Below the pieces are notes generated by a model, which had not been told where the DNA came from, ran no database searches, and worked only from the letters and a program-made list of their open reading frames with translations. From a virus: a DNA stretch of 64,000 nt. Position 1 is the first letter of the stretch, and every line of letters begins with the position of its first letter. Position numbers and translations under genes: made by a program. The DNA is taken from IMG/VR virus record IMGVR_UViG_3300042691_030776; one strand, 5' to 3'. Shown here in pieces: positions 18,864 through 28,337 of this stretch.

Positions 18864-19499
18864 ATGACACAGTATAACACATCTGCACAACAAGTCAAGA
18901 TTTATGATGAAACTAGTTTAGTCAGCTCAGTTGCTCCTAACCTTTGGGAAGTTGATCAATGCTTTGGATCAGAAACTTACCAAAAATTAAGAAACATGAT
19001 TGACGCCGAAGGAAATTTATTTTCCTGTGTTGGACTCAAAAAAAGACTAGAACTTGTTTATTCCAGCAAAGACTACTTGTTGATTAACGAAATAGGCGGT
19101 GCCATGTCAGAGGCGATTTCTACCATAGTAGGGCATCGGGTATCATTCATGACTGCCAAATATTGGATAGATCTGCCTACATTCGGGTGTCAAACACACG
19201 CTGATGCAAAAGAAATTTTTGTTTCATATCAAGTTTACCTAAACTCTTCTTTAAGAAATGAGATTAGATCAGAACCTCATATGCCGACCACCGCAAAGAT
19301 TGTCAACTATTTAGATACAATCCATGGAGAGGCACTAATGGCACAAGGCGCAAAGTTCTTGCATGTAGATCCACCAGCACAGATTAAATTCTGGCCAAAC
19401 AATGGGTATATTAACCTGAACTCAGATCTTAAACCGCATCAGGTCATTGGTAGCTGGGACACCAGAACCAGTGTAATGTTTCAGTATTCTCGAGTATAA
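18864..19499 (+). CDS. 2OG-Fe(II) oxygenase-like protein
   Basis: WIDLP...THAD (HxD)...YQVYL...NNGYI...PHQV (distal His)...RTSV; start reassigned to ATG 18864, after TAAATA. Confidence 0.65.
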   Translation: MTQYNTSAQQVKIYDETSLVSSVAPNLWEVDQCFGSETYQKLRNMIDAEGNLFSCVGLKKRLELVYSSKDYLLINEIGGAMSEAISTIVGHRVSFMTAKYWIDLPTFGCQTHADAKEIFVSYQVYLNSSLRNEIRSEPHMPTTAKIVNYLDTIHGEALMAQGAKFLHVDPPAQIKFWPNNGYINLNSDLKPHQVIGSWDTRTSVMFQYSRV

Positions 19500-20044
19500 C
19501 TCAATACCAAGACTTCGCGTATTGAGTTGTTAGGGACTCGGTCGATCATGCCATTGAACCCCCTTGGGTCGTTAACATATATTGAAGCCATGTTTGGCTC
19601 ATAATGTACAATATCTACATCATGTCTTGTCAGCTTGCGCTTTGGTTGATAGTCTATTTCTGAAGTTTCATTGACTTCTCGATCGTGACAAAAAGCAAAA
19701 CTCATTCTTGCATCGTTGCTTTCGGCCATGACGACTTGCACTTGTACATAGATATCAGGATGTAGTCTATGCATCATGATTGAGCTGCCAGGAAGATCTA
19801 TACTGACATAGGCCACTTGTGGAGAGATTTTTTGTCCAATAATCGAACTGATTCTTTGTTGTTCTTGGCGCACAATGTCCTGTAGCTCTGGACTGTCACT
19901 CCATGGTGTGAGCAATCTATCATCGTACTGCATGGAAAAAGGCACACGTGATTTACGATAAAGTTCTTTGATTTCACGGAATCGTTCTTGGGTAAAATAT
20001 GGATGTAACTGCCAGAGTTGTGGAGTGATGCGATACTCGCTCAT
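19481..20044 (-). CDS. degenerate 2OG-Fe(II) oxygenase-like paralog
   Basis: SIDLP...MHRL...VQVQV...PNMASI...FNGM...REVL aligns by eye with the neighbour but lacks the Asp and distal His. Confidence 0.5.
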   Translation of the reverse strand: MSEYRITPQLWQLHPYFTQERFREIKELYRKSRVPFSMQYDDRLLTPWSDSPELQDIVRQEQQRISSIIGQKISPQVAYVSIDLPGSSIMMHRLHPDIYVQVQVVMAESNDARMSFAFCHDREVNETSEIDYQPKRKLTRHDVDIVHYEPNMASIYVNDPRGFNGMIDRVPNNSIREVLVLSYTREY

Positions 20045-21432
20045 CGTATTGCCGCGAGTGATTGTAGTCTGCCTAGCTTGATTGATTCATACATACCGCA
20101 CTCGTTCATACCATGTACAGGGCACTCAGTACCTTCCGCGGTCATATTGCATTGAGTTTCATTTGTTGGTTGTTGTTGTTGAGAATCCAATGCACGGTCT
20201 GTGGCGGCCATCTGTTGATCTGCTGGTATCCCTAGTGCTGTTAAACGTTCCATCACTCGTGAATCATCCCAAGCATTAGCGTCGGGATTCTTGTCTGCAA
20301 TGTCTTTGAGTATGTCAAATAAATGATCATCGCCTATCAAATCATACAGTTGTTCGGTGGCATTGGTGGCGTCAGGACCTACTACCAATGGCTTGCTCAT
20401 TAGGTCTTGTACTTTCTTTGCAGATTCAGGGGTATCTGGCAACGCCCAGGTACCTTCCATCACACGGCTGGCCCAGGTTTCGAAGATGTCTGCTTCTCTG
20501 AGAGGTGCTTCCTGTAGTTTGGCCAACACAGGTAGAGCCTGTTCTATTCTTGGATCTAGACTTTGTTGTACAAATAATTCACGTATGGTTTCTACTGCTT
20601 CATCAACAGTGGTGATCTGCGCTGGATCAAATGCAGTTTTTTCTTCATGATACCCTCTACGACTGATCAATCGTTTGGCTTTGGCCTTGAGATCTGTGTA
20701 GTGACGTACAGCGGCTTCGACCATGTGTGCCGCACCACCATCATAGTTCTTGTGACGAGATGCTCTGACAAAGTTTGCTAGAGTGCGCATTTCTTCAACC
20801 ACTTCGTTGATATGCTGGCCAAACGCATCATAGGGATTTCCACCTTCGGCCACATGGCGTGCCAGCATGCGGCCATGCATGAGGCTACGACTAGGTACTT
20901 TAAACCTCTCGCCTTCGTCAGTTTCAACATAGATACTGTCAATGTTGCGATATCTAGCATCGCCTTCTTCAAGATCTCTGCTGTGTTTGATACGTAAACG
21001 AGTTTTTTGAGGTTGATCGCTGTAGCTGACTTTGCGTGTGCCGTAGTAGCTTTCAAAGATACTCTCTTTCACAGCGGCCATGGTCTTCATATTGTACTTG
21101 AGGCGAGATAGATTTTTTAAACTAAATGTCAATAAGTTGCGTTTGGCAAACATGCGCACAAGGTACAAAAAGTCGTACCAGTCCTTGCGATCGTCACCTT
21201 CCATGGCCTTGCCCATGTTGTCACCAAAATAGATATCTAAGTTACTTTCGCCATCTAACACCATAACCACAGCACCATAGTCCTGCTGATCTGTGCGATA
21301 ATCAAAGCTGATTATTTCTGCGTCAGCAGGATCGTCAGCAGGCTTGCCCATAGAATCTAGAGCTTCGGGCTCAAAATCTCTGGAAACAAGAAGATCATAT
21401 AGTTGTTGTGCGGCTGTGTTGGATTGACTCAT
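20041..21432 (-). CDS. hypothetical protein, probable prohead-core associated
   Basis: 463 aa, late box upstream, C-terminal CNMT..ECPVHG..EC and LQSLAAI (similar to scaffold LKRLAGL). Confidence 0.65.
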   Translation of the reverse strand: MSQSNTAAQQLYDLLVSRDFEPEALDSMGKPADDPADAEIISFDYRTDQQDYGAVVMVLDGESNLDIYFGDNMGKAMEGDDRKDWYDFLYLVRMFAKRNLLTFSLKNLSRLKYNMKTMAAVKESIFESYYGTRKVSYSDQPQKTRLRIKHSRDLEEGDARYRNIDSIYVETDEGERFKVPSRSLMHGRMLARHVAEGGNPYDAFGQHINEVVEEMRTLANFVRASRHKNYDGGAAHMVEAAVRHYTDLKAKAKRLISRRGYHEEKTAFDPAQITTVDEAVETIRELFVQQSLDPRIEQALPVLAKLQEAPLREADIFETWASRVMEGTWALPDTPESAKKVQDLMSKPLVVGPDATNATEQLYDLIGDDHLFDILKDIADKNPDANAWDDSRVMERLTALGIPADQQMAATDRALDSQQQQPTNETQCNMTAEGTECPVHGMNECGMYESIKLGRLQSLAAIR

Positions 21433-21445
21433 AGTATTGTATTTA

Positions 21446-23011
21446 TTAGAAGGCCGCTATGAAAGGCATGGGTTCTATGATCGTGTCGCTGTGATCACGC
21501 AGTTGTGTATCGAGCTCGGTATGATAGTTTTGTAGCAGTTGCATCATGCGCACAGCCAGCACAGTTGCCATTACCAAATCGTCGGTTTCGCCTACTTTTG
21601 CGGCATAGCTTACTCCATGGGCAATAAAACTCTTGAGCTCTGACACCAGGCCAGCGGAATGTATTTTCATCCTATCAGTTTCTATGAGATTTTTCAGTTT
21701 GGCACAGGCCGCGAGTTTGGGCTTGTTTGTGGTATTGAAACCCTTGCGATATCTGCGCCCTGAACTAGTGCCCGACTCGCTGAGGAAATAACCTTGTATG
21801 TTTTCTTCTCCGTATTCTGCTATGGATATCAGCGCGGCTTCACCAATGGTATTATTTTCTATGCTGTAGTAAATGCTCTTGGCATCTTTAACTGCATCAT
21901 TGATGTGTCGGCAGATGTCTGCCAGGATACGTACCTGCTCGGGTATGGTAGTTCTGTTGTGGCGCCACTCGGCCACCTGCTCTGTGGTGTTGGCATCAAA
22001 TACCTGTATGGCGGCTGGGTCTCCACCTGTACCCAGACTAGGGTCTAGAGCCACAACATAATATCTATCTTTTTCTGGTCGGCGGAACCAGCGTACTTGC
22101 CCAGTTTTATAGAGCACATCACTGGATCTAAGGTCGATCAACTTGGTCGGTGATATCAGTGTTTCATCATCGATGATAAACTCACAGTCCATCTCTCTCC
22201 GGAAGCGTTCTTCTCCCAGTATGGCTCGTTGTTGTTTAGCCCAGGCATCATCACGATCTGGATGTTCTCTCCAAAAAGCACGGAATGCTTTAAAACCATT
22301 CTGCCCAATAGACGTTTCGTTACCGTACTCGTCTTCAAGTTTGTTGGCCATCTTCCAGATCAACGCAAACTGATCTTCGTCTGAGTTTGGTGTTGATGTG
22401 ATGATCGCTTTACCACCAGTACTCAGTGTAGGTGTGATCGAAGTCCAGAACTCTTTGGCGATTGTGGGTCGCACGAATGCAAACTCGTCACAGTAGAGCA
22501 GTGTGATACTCATACCACGACCAGTATTTTCAGTAGTAGTCTGTGCCACGATACGACTACCGTTGTCAAACTCTAAACTGCCTTTGTTGTAACTAGTAAC
22601 ACCTGCACGGATATGGTCAGGACAGGCCTCGTAAGCATATCGTACACGTTGCATGATCTCTTGCGCACCCAGATACTTGTGCGCGGCCACGAGGATTGTG
22701 GAATCCGGAACGAACATGGCATACCATAAAAGATAACCAGCAGCCGAGGTTGATTTGCCCGTTTGCCTAGGCATCATGGAGATAGAGAATCTATAATTGT
22801 GATATGTCTCTATCAGTCTATCCTGGAACTCGTAGGGCTGATACAGCATCTTGCCGTGCAAAGGATGCTGGATAAAAAAGAAATGACTCATGAAATACTG
22901 CGGTCCTGTGTCAGGATCTGCACATTTCAAAAACTCATCGATTTGTTGTTCAGTGTAATGATGTCGGCGGTGTGGAGCCTTGATCAGTACACCTTCTAAA
23001 CTTTTTGACAT
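21446..23011 (-). CDS. terminase large subunit (T4 gp17-like)
   Basis: PYEFQ Q-motif, MPRQTGKS Walker A, LLYCDEFAF Walker B, TSTPN, ALDPSLG and DDLVMA nuclease motifs; start 23011 (MSKSLEG). Confidence 0.95.
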   Translation of the reverse strand: MSKSLEGVLIKAPHRRHHYTEQQIDEFLKCADPDTGPQYFMSHFFFIQHPLHGKMLYQPYEFQDRLIETYHNYRFSISMMPRQTGKSTSAAGYLLWYAMFVPDSTILVAAHKYLGAQEIMQRVRYAYEACPDHIRAGVTSYNKGSLEFDNGSRIVAQTTTENTGRGMSITLLYCDEFAFVRPTIAKEFWTSITPTLSTGGKAIITSTPNSDEDQFALIWKMANKLEDEYGNETSIGQNGFKAFRAFWREHPDRDDAWAKQQRAILGEERFRREMDCEFIIDDETLISPTKLIDLRSSDVLYKTGQVRWFRRPEKDRYYVVALDPSLGTGGDPAAIQVFDANTTEQVAEWRHNRTTIPEQVRILADICRHINDAVKDAKSIYYSIENNTIGEAALISIAEYGEENIQGYFLSESGTSSGRRYRKGFNTTNKPKLAACAKLKNLIETDRMKIHSAGLVSELKSFIAHGVSYAAKVGETDDLVMATVLAVRMMQLLQNYHTELDTQLRDHSDTIIEPMPFIAAF

Positions 23012-23049
23012 ACATTTACTTACCAAAATATACACATATAAATATTCTT

Positions 23050-23595
23050 ATGAGTGATACACTAATATTAGCACCGGACTACCAACCGGTCAACTACTTG
23101 CCACTGTCAACCATAGACTGGCAAACTGCTATAAAACTGTTCTTCCTGGACAAAATCCAAGTGCTAGAATGGTATGATGATTGGATCGTGCGTAGCGCCA
23201 AGCTAGAGATGCGAGTTCCTGCCGTGGCTGTGACAAAGAAAGGTTTTGGCAAGAATGGTGGCATGCGATTCAGCAGACAGAATCTTTATCTGCGTGACTT
23301 GTTTACTTGTCAGTACTGCGGTGACACATTCAATGGCAAACAGTTGACCATTGATCATGTGCTACCACGTGCTCAAGGTGGTACCACTACCTGGGAAAAC
23401 TGTGTGGCTGCTTGTAAAGAATGCAACTCAGAAAAAGGCAACAAGATTTGGCGCCCAAACAAAGTTCCTGTGAAACCAAACTACTGGGCCTTGGTCAACT
23501 CTGTGAAGAGTACCTACACAGGTATTCGCCACCCTAGTTGGAATCTTTATCTTGGACTCAAAGATAGCGAGTCTAAGAGTTTAAGAAATCGTTGA
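23050..23595 (+). CDS. HNH endonuclease
   Basis: RDLFTCQYCG, LTIDHVLPRAQGG, WENCVAACKECNSEKG; start 23050, after TATAAATA. Confidence 0.9.
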   Translation: MSDTLILAPDYQPVNYLPLSTIDWQTAIKLFFLDKIQVLEWYDDWIVRSAKLEMRVPAVAVTKKGFGKNGGMRFSRQNLYLRDLFTCQYCGDTFNGKQLTIDHVLPRAQGGTTTWENCVAACKECNSEKGNKIWRPNKVPVKPNYWALVNSVKSTYTGIRHPSWNLYLGLKDSESKSLRNR

Positions 23596-24572
23596 TCCTT
23601 GTGTATCTGGAACCAGGCTCTGAGTTCTACCAGCCTGTTCCAGTTATGTTCTGTGACGTGTGCCACTGAGTTGGCAAACTCAGCAGAACCATTGGCTACT
23701 ATATCTTTGACTGTTGCAACTACTTTTAATGCACGATCCGTTTCGTTTTGTATAGTGTCATAACTTTCATCAATGTAGTTACCAAACGTCTTAAATCCTA
23801 GGGTGCGTAGTTCTTTCAACGAACCTGGCACGCTCATCAGCACCATTGGCATCTTTGCCGCAATAGGACGCCAAGTTTTTTCAGTAAACCAGGATCCTTC
23901 TGTGGTCAGCGTTTCTGAGCTCACTTCAAAGGCACACTGATTGTAAAGATCCAAACTAGGTACCATGCTCTTTTGCCATAGCATAGGAGCCGAATCTTCT
24001 CCTACGTAGTGTGCAGGAGTTGTTGGTTGATTCCATCCCCAGTTCCCATCCCTATGATAAACCATGATTGAGTTATTACCAACGTCAGACAATCCTTCCC
24101 AGATAACATCACGTGCATGAGCATGACGTCCCATAGTAAGCAAGAAGTCTTTAGTGATATTTTTTGACAGTTTGAGTGATATACGCTGTTCTACCAATTC
24201 AATGAATCTTGATTCTGGGTCCAATGCCACTGAAATATTTTTAAACCCATGATCAAACCAAGCTGATTCTATCACACAGGTTATATTTTTTGCTTCGGGT
24301 TCTTGATCTAGTTCTTTCATCCAAGACATCTCATATTTGAGTATCACAGGAGAGTCTACATTGCCTACTAGTAAAACGTGATTGTTTTTTAACAGAGAGT
24401 AGAGTTTTTGTTTTTGATTTTTCCAAAGTTCTGATAACCATACACAGTCAGTGATCACAATGTTGTCAACAACATCAATATCTCCTGAATCACGATAAGG
24501 AATCGCAAAGTGATTACAAAAAAACTTCCAGTGTTGGGTTTCTATGATAGGAATGATCGTAATAGGCTTCAT
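23547..24572 (-). CDS. hypothetical protein, TEKT-motif family (putative glycosyltransferase-like)
   Basis: EVSSET...FTEKTWRPI...LRTLGFKTFGNYIDESYD. Confidence 0.55.
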   Translation of the reverse strand: MKPITIIPIIETQHWKFFCNHFAIPYRDSGDIDVVDNIVITDCVWLSELWKNQKQKLYSLLKNNHVLLVGNVDSPVILKYEMSWMKELDQEPEAKNITCVIESAWFDHGFKNISVALDPESRFIELVEQRISLKLSKNITKDFLLTMGRHAHARDVIWEGLSDVGNNSIMVYHRDGNWGWNQPTTPAHYVGEDSAPMLWQKSMVPSLDLYNQCAFEVSSETLTTEGSWFTEKTWRPIAAKMPMVLMSVPGSLKELRTLGFKTFGNYIDESYDTIQNETDRALKVVATVKDIVANGSAEFANSVAHVTEHNWNRLVELRAWFQIHKDQRFLKLLDSLSLSPR

Positions 24573-24607
24573 CCCTTATATAGCGGGCAAAATGATTGAT
24601 ATCTAGA

Positions 24608-25042
24608 TTATTGACACCAGCTTTGTTTGGCATCACCGTAGTATTCACGAGCAAAGCCATTGCGGATCAGTTCAGCACGTAGGCTCACACCGTTTAGAAT
24701 GATGTCTCCCAGTACACGGCCACCAAACTTATCCCATCCATAGAGAATGACTTGATGCTTCTGTGTAGTTGCAACTGCATTCTTAGTGAAGGCTGAGGCG
24801 GCTTGGCCTCGCTGATCTTCTGAAGGGCACTGCGCACGGAATCCTTTTTCTGGTGTGTCAACTCCGTAGACTCTGACAGCAAGTTCTGGTTTGAGTGGTG
24901 CTGGTAGAAAGGGTGCCGCTATGACCACTGTATCGCCATCGTTGACACGGACGATTTTAGCATCATAGGTTACTCCTTGTGGTGTTTTTTGTGCAAATGC
25001 TAACACCGGCATCATTAACAAAGTTAATAATAGTTTTTTCAT
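24608..25042 (-). CDS. thermonuclease (SNase-like) with signal peptide
   Basis: RVNDGDT, VRVYGVDTPE, DKFGGRVLG, LIRNGFAREY; N-terminal MKKLLLTLLMMPVLAFA. Confidence 0.88.
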   Translation of the reverse strand: MKKLLLTLLMMPVLAFAQKTPQGVTYDAKIVRVNDGDTVVIAAPFLPAPLKPELAVRVYGVDTPEKGFRAQCPSEDQRGQAASAFTKNAVATTQKHQVILYGWDKFGGRVLGDIILNGVSLRAELIRNGFAREYYGDAKQSWCQ

Positions 25043-25043
25043 T

Positions 25044-26651
25044 TTAGGTTATCTCCTGCCACTCTACGCTGGCATACACGTCTTGATTAGTACCGGTGGT
25101 GGCCATGGTTATTACATATTCGTAGGCTACGCCAGTGAATGGCTCTCTCTCCAGTTGATACTCAAATGTGAACACTTCTTGTGTGGGTGCCCCAGCAGTT
25201 TGATTTGAACTGTTGATGAATGATTGTTCGGCAATGTCTCCTGACACTATAGCCGTGGGTGCGAGATTGTATTGTACTGAACTGTCGGCTGCTGAGTCTA
25301 CCCAGCTACCACCCGAAGTAATGGCTTTTTTATAAACACGGAACTGAAACAAACTTTGGGCTATAGGAACTAATGAATAGTTTATAGGAATGACCACAGA
25401 ATTGAGTCTGTTGCTTTTGAGTCGAATAGCTATCACAGGTTTGAAACTTTGATCGTTAGGCAGTGTTATCGGAGAGCCGATCAAGTGCGAGGCCGCACGA
25501 GGATTACCCGAACCTGATAACTGGAATCCGCCTTCTGAAATCACTGTACTACAGATCTGTGTCATCATGCTGGCACCAGTGGTGGCACCAGTATTGGTTA
25601 TTTCATAGCGTATGGGCAAGCTGGCTGTAGTCATATAGACCTTGGTATTGCCCAGCTGATTGGCATGATTAAAAGTGTGGCAAGTAATAAACACACCATC
25701 AATGACAAATCCCACACGGACCGATCCCACACCCAGCCACTCTACGTCAGCCCACTGGATCTGTGTTCGTTGTGGATAAAGATTTATACCATTGGGATTG
25801 TTAGCATTGACTACCCCAAGCAGTTGATTGCCATTCCAAGCATCCTGACGCACACGTTCTTCTACTCCTGTTGATCCTGAACGGATCACAAAATAGTTAT
25901 AAGTACCGTCGTTTTCAAAGAACACACCGTCGTTGGCATCAAACAAGCCCACACGCTGGCGTAGATTGGTCTTGGGTTCGTTCATGCAAAAAGTGTTCAG
26001 TGTGAGTTGGCTCTTGCCTGGTTGGTAAGGAAATGGTTTCAGTGTTTCTCTCAACACGCTGTCGCCTGACGTTGACCCTACATTGAGCTGGAATGAACTT
26101 TGATTCTGAACATAAACTACGTTGCCTGTGCCCGACACATTGCTGGCAAACTGGCCATGATCGTAGTAACGAGCTTGTGTGTCAAACAAGGTAAATGGAT
26201 TGCTTACACGCAAGCGGCCAAACGCATCTGATGTGGTTCCATTAAAGCCAGAAATGATCACGTTGGCATCGTCAGCCAACACTACATTAGCTGTGCCTGA
26301 AATCCCCACGTTGCCCGACACCACCCATGGATCTGTGCCTTGTGTGACGTTGACGTTACCCGTGATTCCTACATTGCCTGATGTGATAGCCACATTGGTA
26401 TTGCCAGTAATGACCCAAGGATCTGTACCTTGCAACACCGTGACATTGCCTATCACCGACACAGGCATTGAGTTTCCTGACAAATCGATGTTGCCCAATG
26501 CTCCAATAGACACGTTGCCAATCGAGACGTTGCCAATCAAGGCCGCGTTGGTACGTACAAACACATTGCCTGTGGCTTCGTCTAGTTCCAAAGCCTGTGT
26601 TATGTTACGCAGATACCATGGTGCGACTTCAGTTGGGTTTGGTGTAGCCAT
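25044..26651 (-). CDS. putative virion structural protein
   Basis: N-terminal GNV-rich repeats (QGTDPWV twice), DAFGRLRVSNPFTLFD, beta-rich C-terminal part. Confidence 0.6.
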   Translation of the reverse strand: MATPNPTEVAPWYLRNITQALELDEATGNVFVRTNAALIGNVSIGNVSIGALGNIDLSGNSMPVSVIGNVTVLQGTDPWVITGNTNVAITSGNVGITGNVNVTQGTDPWVVSGNVGISGTANVVLADDANVIISGFNGTTSDAFGRLRVSNPFTLFDTQARYYDHGQFASNVSGTGNVVYVQNQSSFQLNVGSTSGDSVLRETLKPFPYQPGKSQLTLNTFCMNEPKTNLRQRVGLFDANDGVFFENDGTYNYFVIRSGSTGVEERVRQDAWNGNQLLGVVNANNPNGINLYPQRTQIQWADVEWLGVGSVRVGFVIDGVFITCHTFNHANQLGNTKVYMTTASLPIRYEITNTGATTGASMMTQICSTVISEGGFQLSGSGNPRAASHLIGSPITLPNDQSFKPVIAIRLKSNRLNSVVIPINYSLVPIAQSLFQFRVYKKAITSGGSWVDSAADSSVQYNLAPTAIVSGDIAEQSFINSSNQTAGAPTQEVFTFEYQLEREPFTGVAYEYVITMATTGTNQDVYASVEWQEIT

Positions 26652-27037
26652 TATCGTGGATATCCTTTAAATGCTTTGATTGGACTGTTTTTAGCTACAA
26701 ACTCTGGCTCGTCACTCTCTGGAGTTGACACTATTCGTTTACCACCGGGGGTACCAGTCATCCTCAGTGCGGCATCTATCACAGGCTTTATACCTGCATT
26801 CATACCTACTACTACGCCGTGTTCGCCAAACGGAGTTTCTTTTGACCAATCAGGTTTATATGGATTGACATCGTCTGGTTTGTTGTCGGCTCTGGCACGA
26901 GCCATGGCCACACCAAATCTATAGTTATTGTAAGGATTAGACGCACTGAGTCCCGGAAGCACATAAGTTTGTCGCATAGGAGCGGCTTGCTCTGGCGCAA
27001 GATCGTGTTGTTCAGTGATGAACTCACGAGCTCTCAT
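26651..27037 (-). CDS. putative capsid-internal protein (MRAREFITE N-terminus)
   Basis: Paralog of the adjacent gene; capsid-targeting-like N-terminus; ends SPIKAFKGYPR. Confidence 0.65.
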   Translation of the reverse strand: MRAREFITEQHDLAPEQAAPMRQTYVLPGLSASNPYNNYRFGVAMARARADNKPDDVNPYKPDWSKETPFGEHGVVVGMNAGIKPVIDAALRMTGTPGGKRIVSTPESDEPEFVAKNSPIKAFKGYPR

Positions 27038-27405
27038 CTTGGATATCCTCGAAATCCCTTGATAGGACTCACACGATTGACATCCTTCATTTCTTCTGAA
27101 TCCATATCTCCGTTGTTGACGTCATCATATTCTGCCCCGGCAGCACGGAACGCTTGCTTCAGCATATTTTGTTCTTCTTGCGTGTAAGGGTGTGCTGTCC
27201 TACGAGTGCCCACCCAACTCTGTTGATCCATATCAATAGGAGCATCGCTGCCGTCGGCAGATGCTACGGCCATCATCACACGATTTAATACATAGTCTGA
27301 GTTAGTTCTTTTACGATCTCGGAAAAGATCCAGGCCACGAGTGGCTTGTTGATGCCTGTGACTTATTTTCGCCTTGCGCTCAATGATAAACTCACGTGCT
27401 CGCAT
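27034..27405 (-). CDS. putative capsid-internal protein (MRAREFIIE N-terminus)
   Basis: Ends SPIKGFRGYPR; ATGA-coupled to its paralog. Confidence 0.65.
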   Translation of the reverse strand: MRAREFIIERKAKISHRHQQATRGLDLFRDRKRTNSDYVLNRVMMAVASADGSDAPIDMDQQSWVGTRRTAHPYTQEEQNMLKQAFRAAGAEYDDVNNGDMDSEEMKDVNRVSPIKGFRGYPR

Positions 27406-27407
27406 AT

Positions 27408-27686
27408 TTAGAACACGCTTTCTTGAGCCGAACTTGCTGTTCCTATTTCAAGTGCAGTAAAGTCTGAACCAGCGACTGTTACTTTGTTGCCTGCGCCAGC
27501 GTAGACTTCAAAAACAGTATTGGCTGGAATGTTGATGGGATTTGAATAAATGTTGCCCACAGCCGCGGCAGATCCCAATGCAGTGGCATAGGCTTGATAT
27601 GTCACTGCACTTGTAGTAGTGGTTATCTGTAGTTTGTCTGTATAGACTGTGGCATTAGCCAGTGATGTATATACGTTTGCGGCCAT
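27408..27686 (-). CDS. small putative virion protein
   Basis: 92 aa, A/T/S-rich, SD GAGGA. Confidence 0.65.
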   Translation of the reverse strand: MAANVYTSLANATVYTDKLQITTTTSAVTYQAYATALGSAAAVGNIYSNPINIPANTVFEVYAGAGNKVTVAGSDFTALEIGTASSAQESVF

Positions 27687-27701
27687 TTTCTTTTTTCCTC
27701 T

Positions 27702-28337
27702 TTACCACGCACGGCAAGACCAATATCTTGCCTTGGTTCTTGGTCCTGGGTTGTCGCAGTTGTGTCTAGCACGGAAGCTCTTACGACGAGCAGGATTTGA
27801 TTTTTTAATCTTCATGGTCTTCTGGCCGGCACGTTTAGCTGATGTGCCACCGTGACCAAAGTTTACTTTCTTGATGTTACCTGAGCTGGGATCACGAACA
27901 TACACTTTGAATTTCTTGACATCGCCGCGCATGGGTTTGCCTAACGGCACGTTACGACCTTGGTATTCGGCTTCGTCAACACCAATGGGATCTTGTGGGC
28001 CTGTTCCTTGTGGTGCTGGTATGCCAACATCACTGCCTGGTTCTTCTTCAGTGGGGTCTTCGCTGACCAATACATCATCCACGCTCATTTCTTCGTCTAC
28101 ACACCCACAGGCTTCTTGCATGCATTCTGAACAGATATCTTCTACTGCATAACCATAGCTTTCTAAAATACCAATGAGCTTTTCATCAGCTTCGATGCAA
28201 AGTCTATCTTCTTCAACAGCGATAATATGGCTTTCGATCAAACAATCTTCTTTGATGTTGATCGCAAAGTCATCGCCTATTGCTGGGTTGTCTACCCACT
28301 GTTCAGATTCAACGATGTATTCTTTTAGTGATTTCAT
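27702..28337 (-). CDS. putative capsid-internal protein with acidic N-half and basic C-terminal domain
   Basis: MKSLKEYIVESE N-terminus; C-terminal KKVNFG...RRKSFRARHNCD...ARYWSCRAW. Confidence 0.7.
   Translation of the reverse strand: MKSLKEYIVESEQWVDNPAIGDDFAINIKEDCLIESHIIAVEEDRLCIEADEKLIGILESYGYAVEDICSECMQEACGCVDEEMSVDDVLVSEDPTEEEPGSDVGIPAPQGTGPQDPIGVDEAEYQGRNVPLGKPMRGDVKKFKVYVRDPSSGNIKKVNFGHGGTSAKRAGQKTMKIKKSNPARRKSFRARHNCDNPGPRTKARYWSCRAW

Noticed and set aside
23050-23595. HNH gene as an intron-borne or clearly mobile element
   Set aside because: Free-standing and divergent from the terminase, with no interrupted host gene; homing versus packaging role cannot be decided from sequence.
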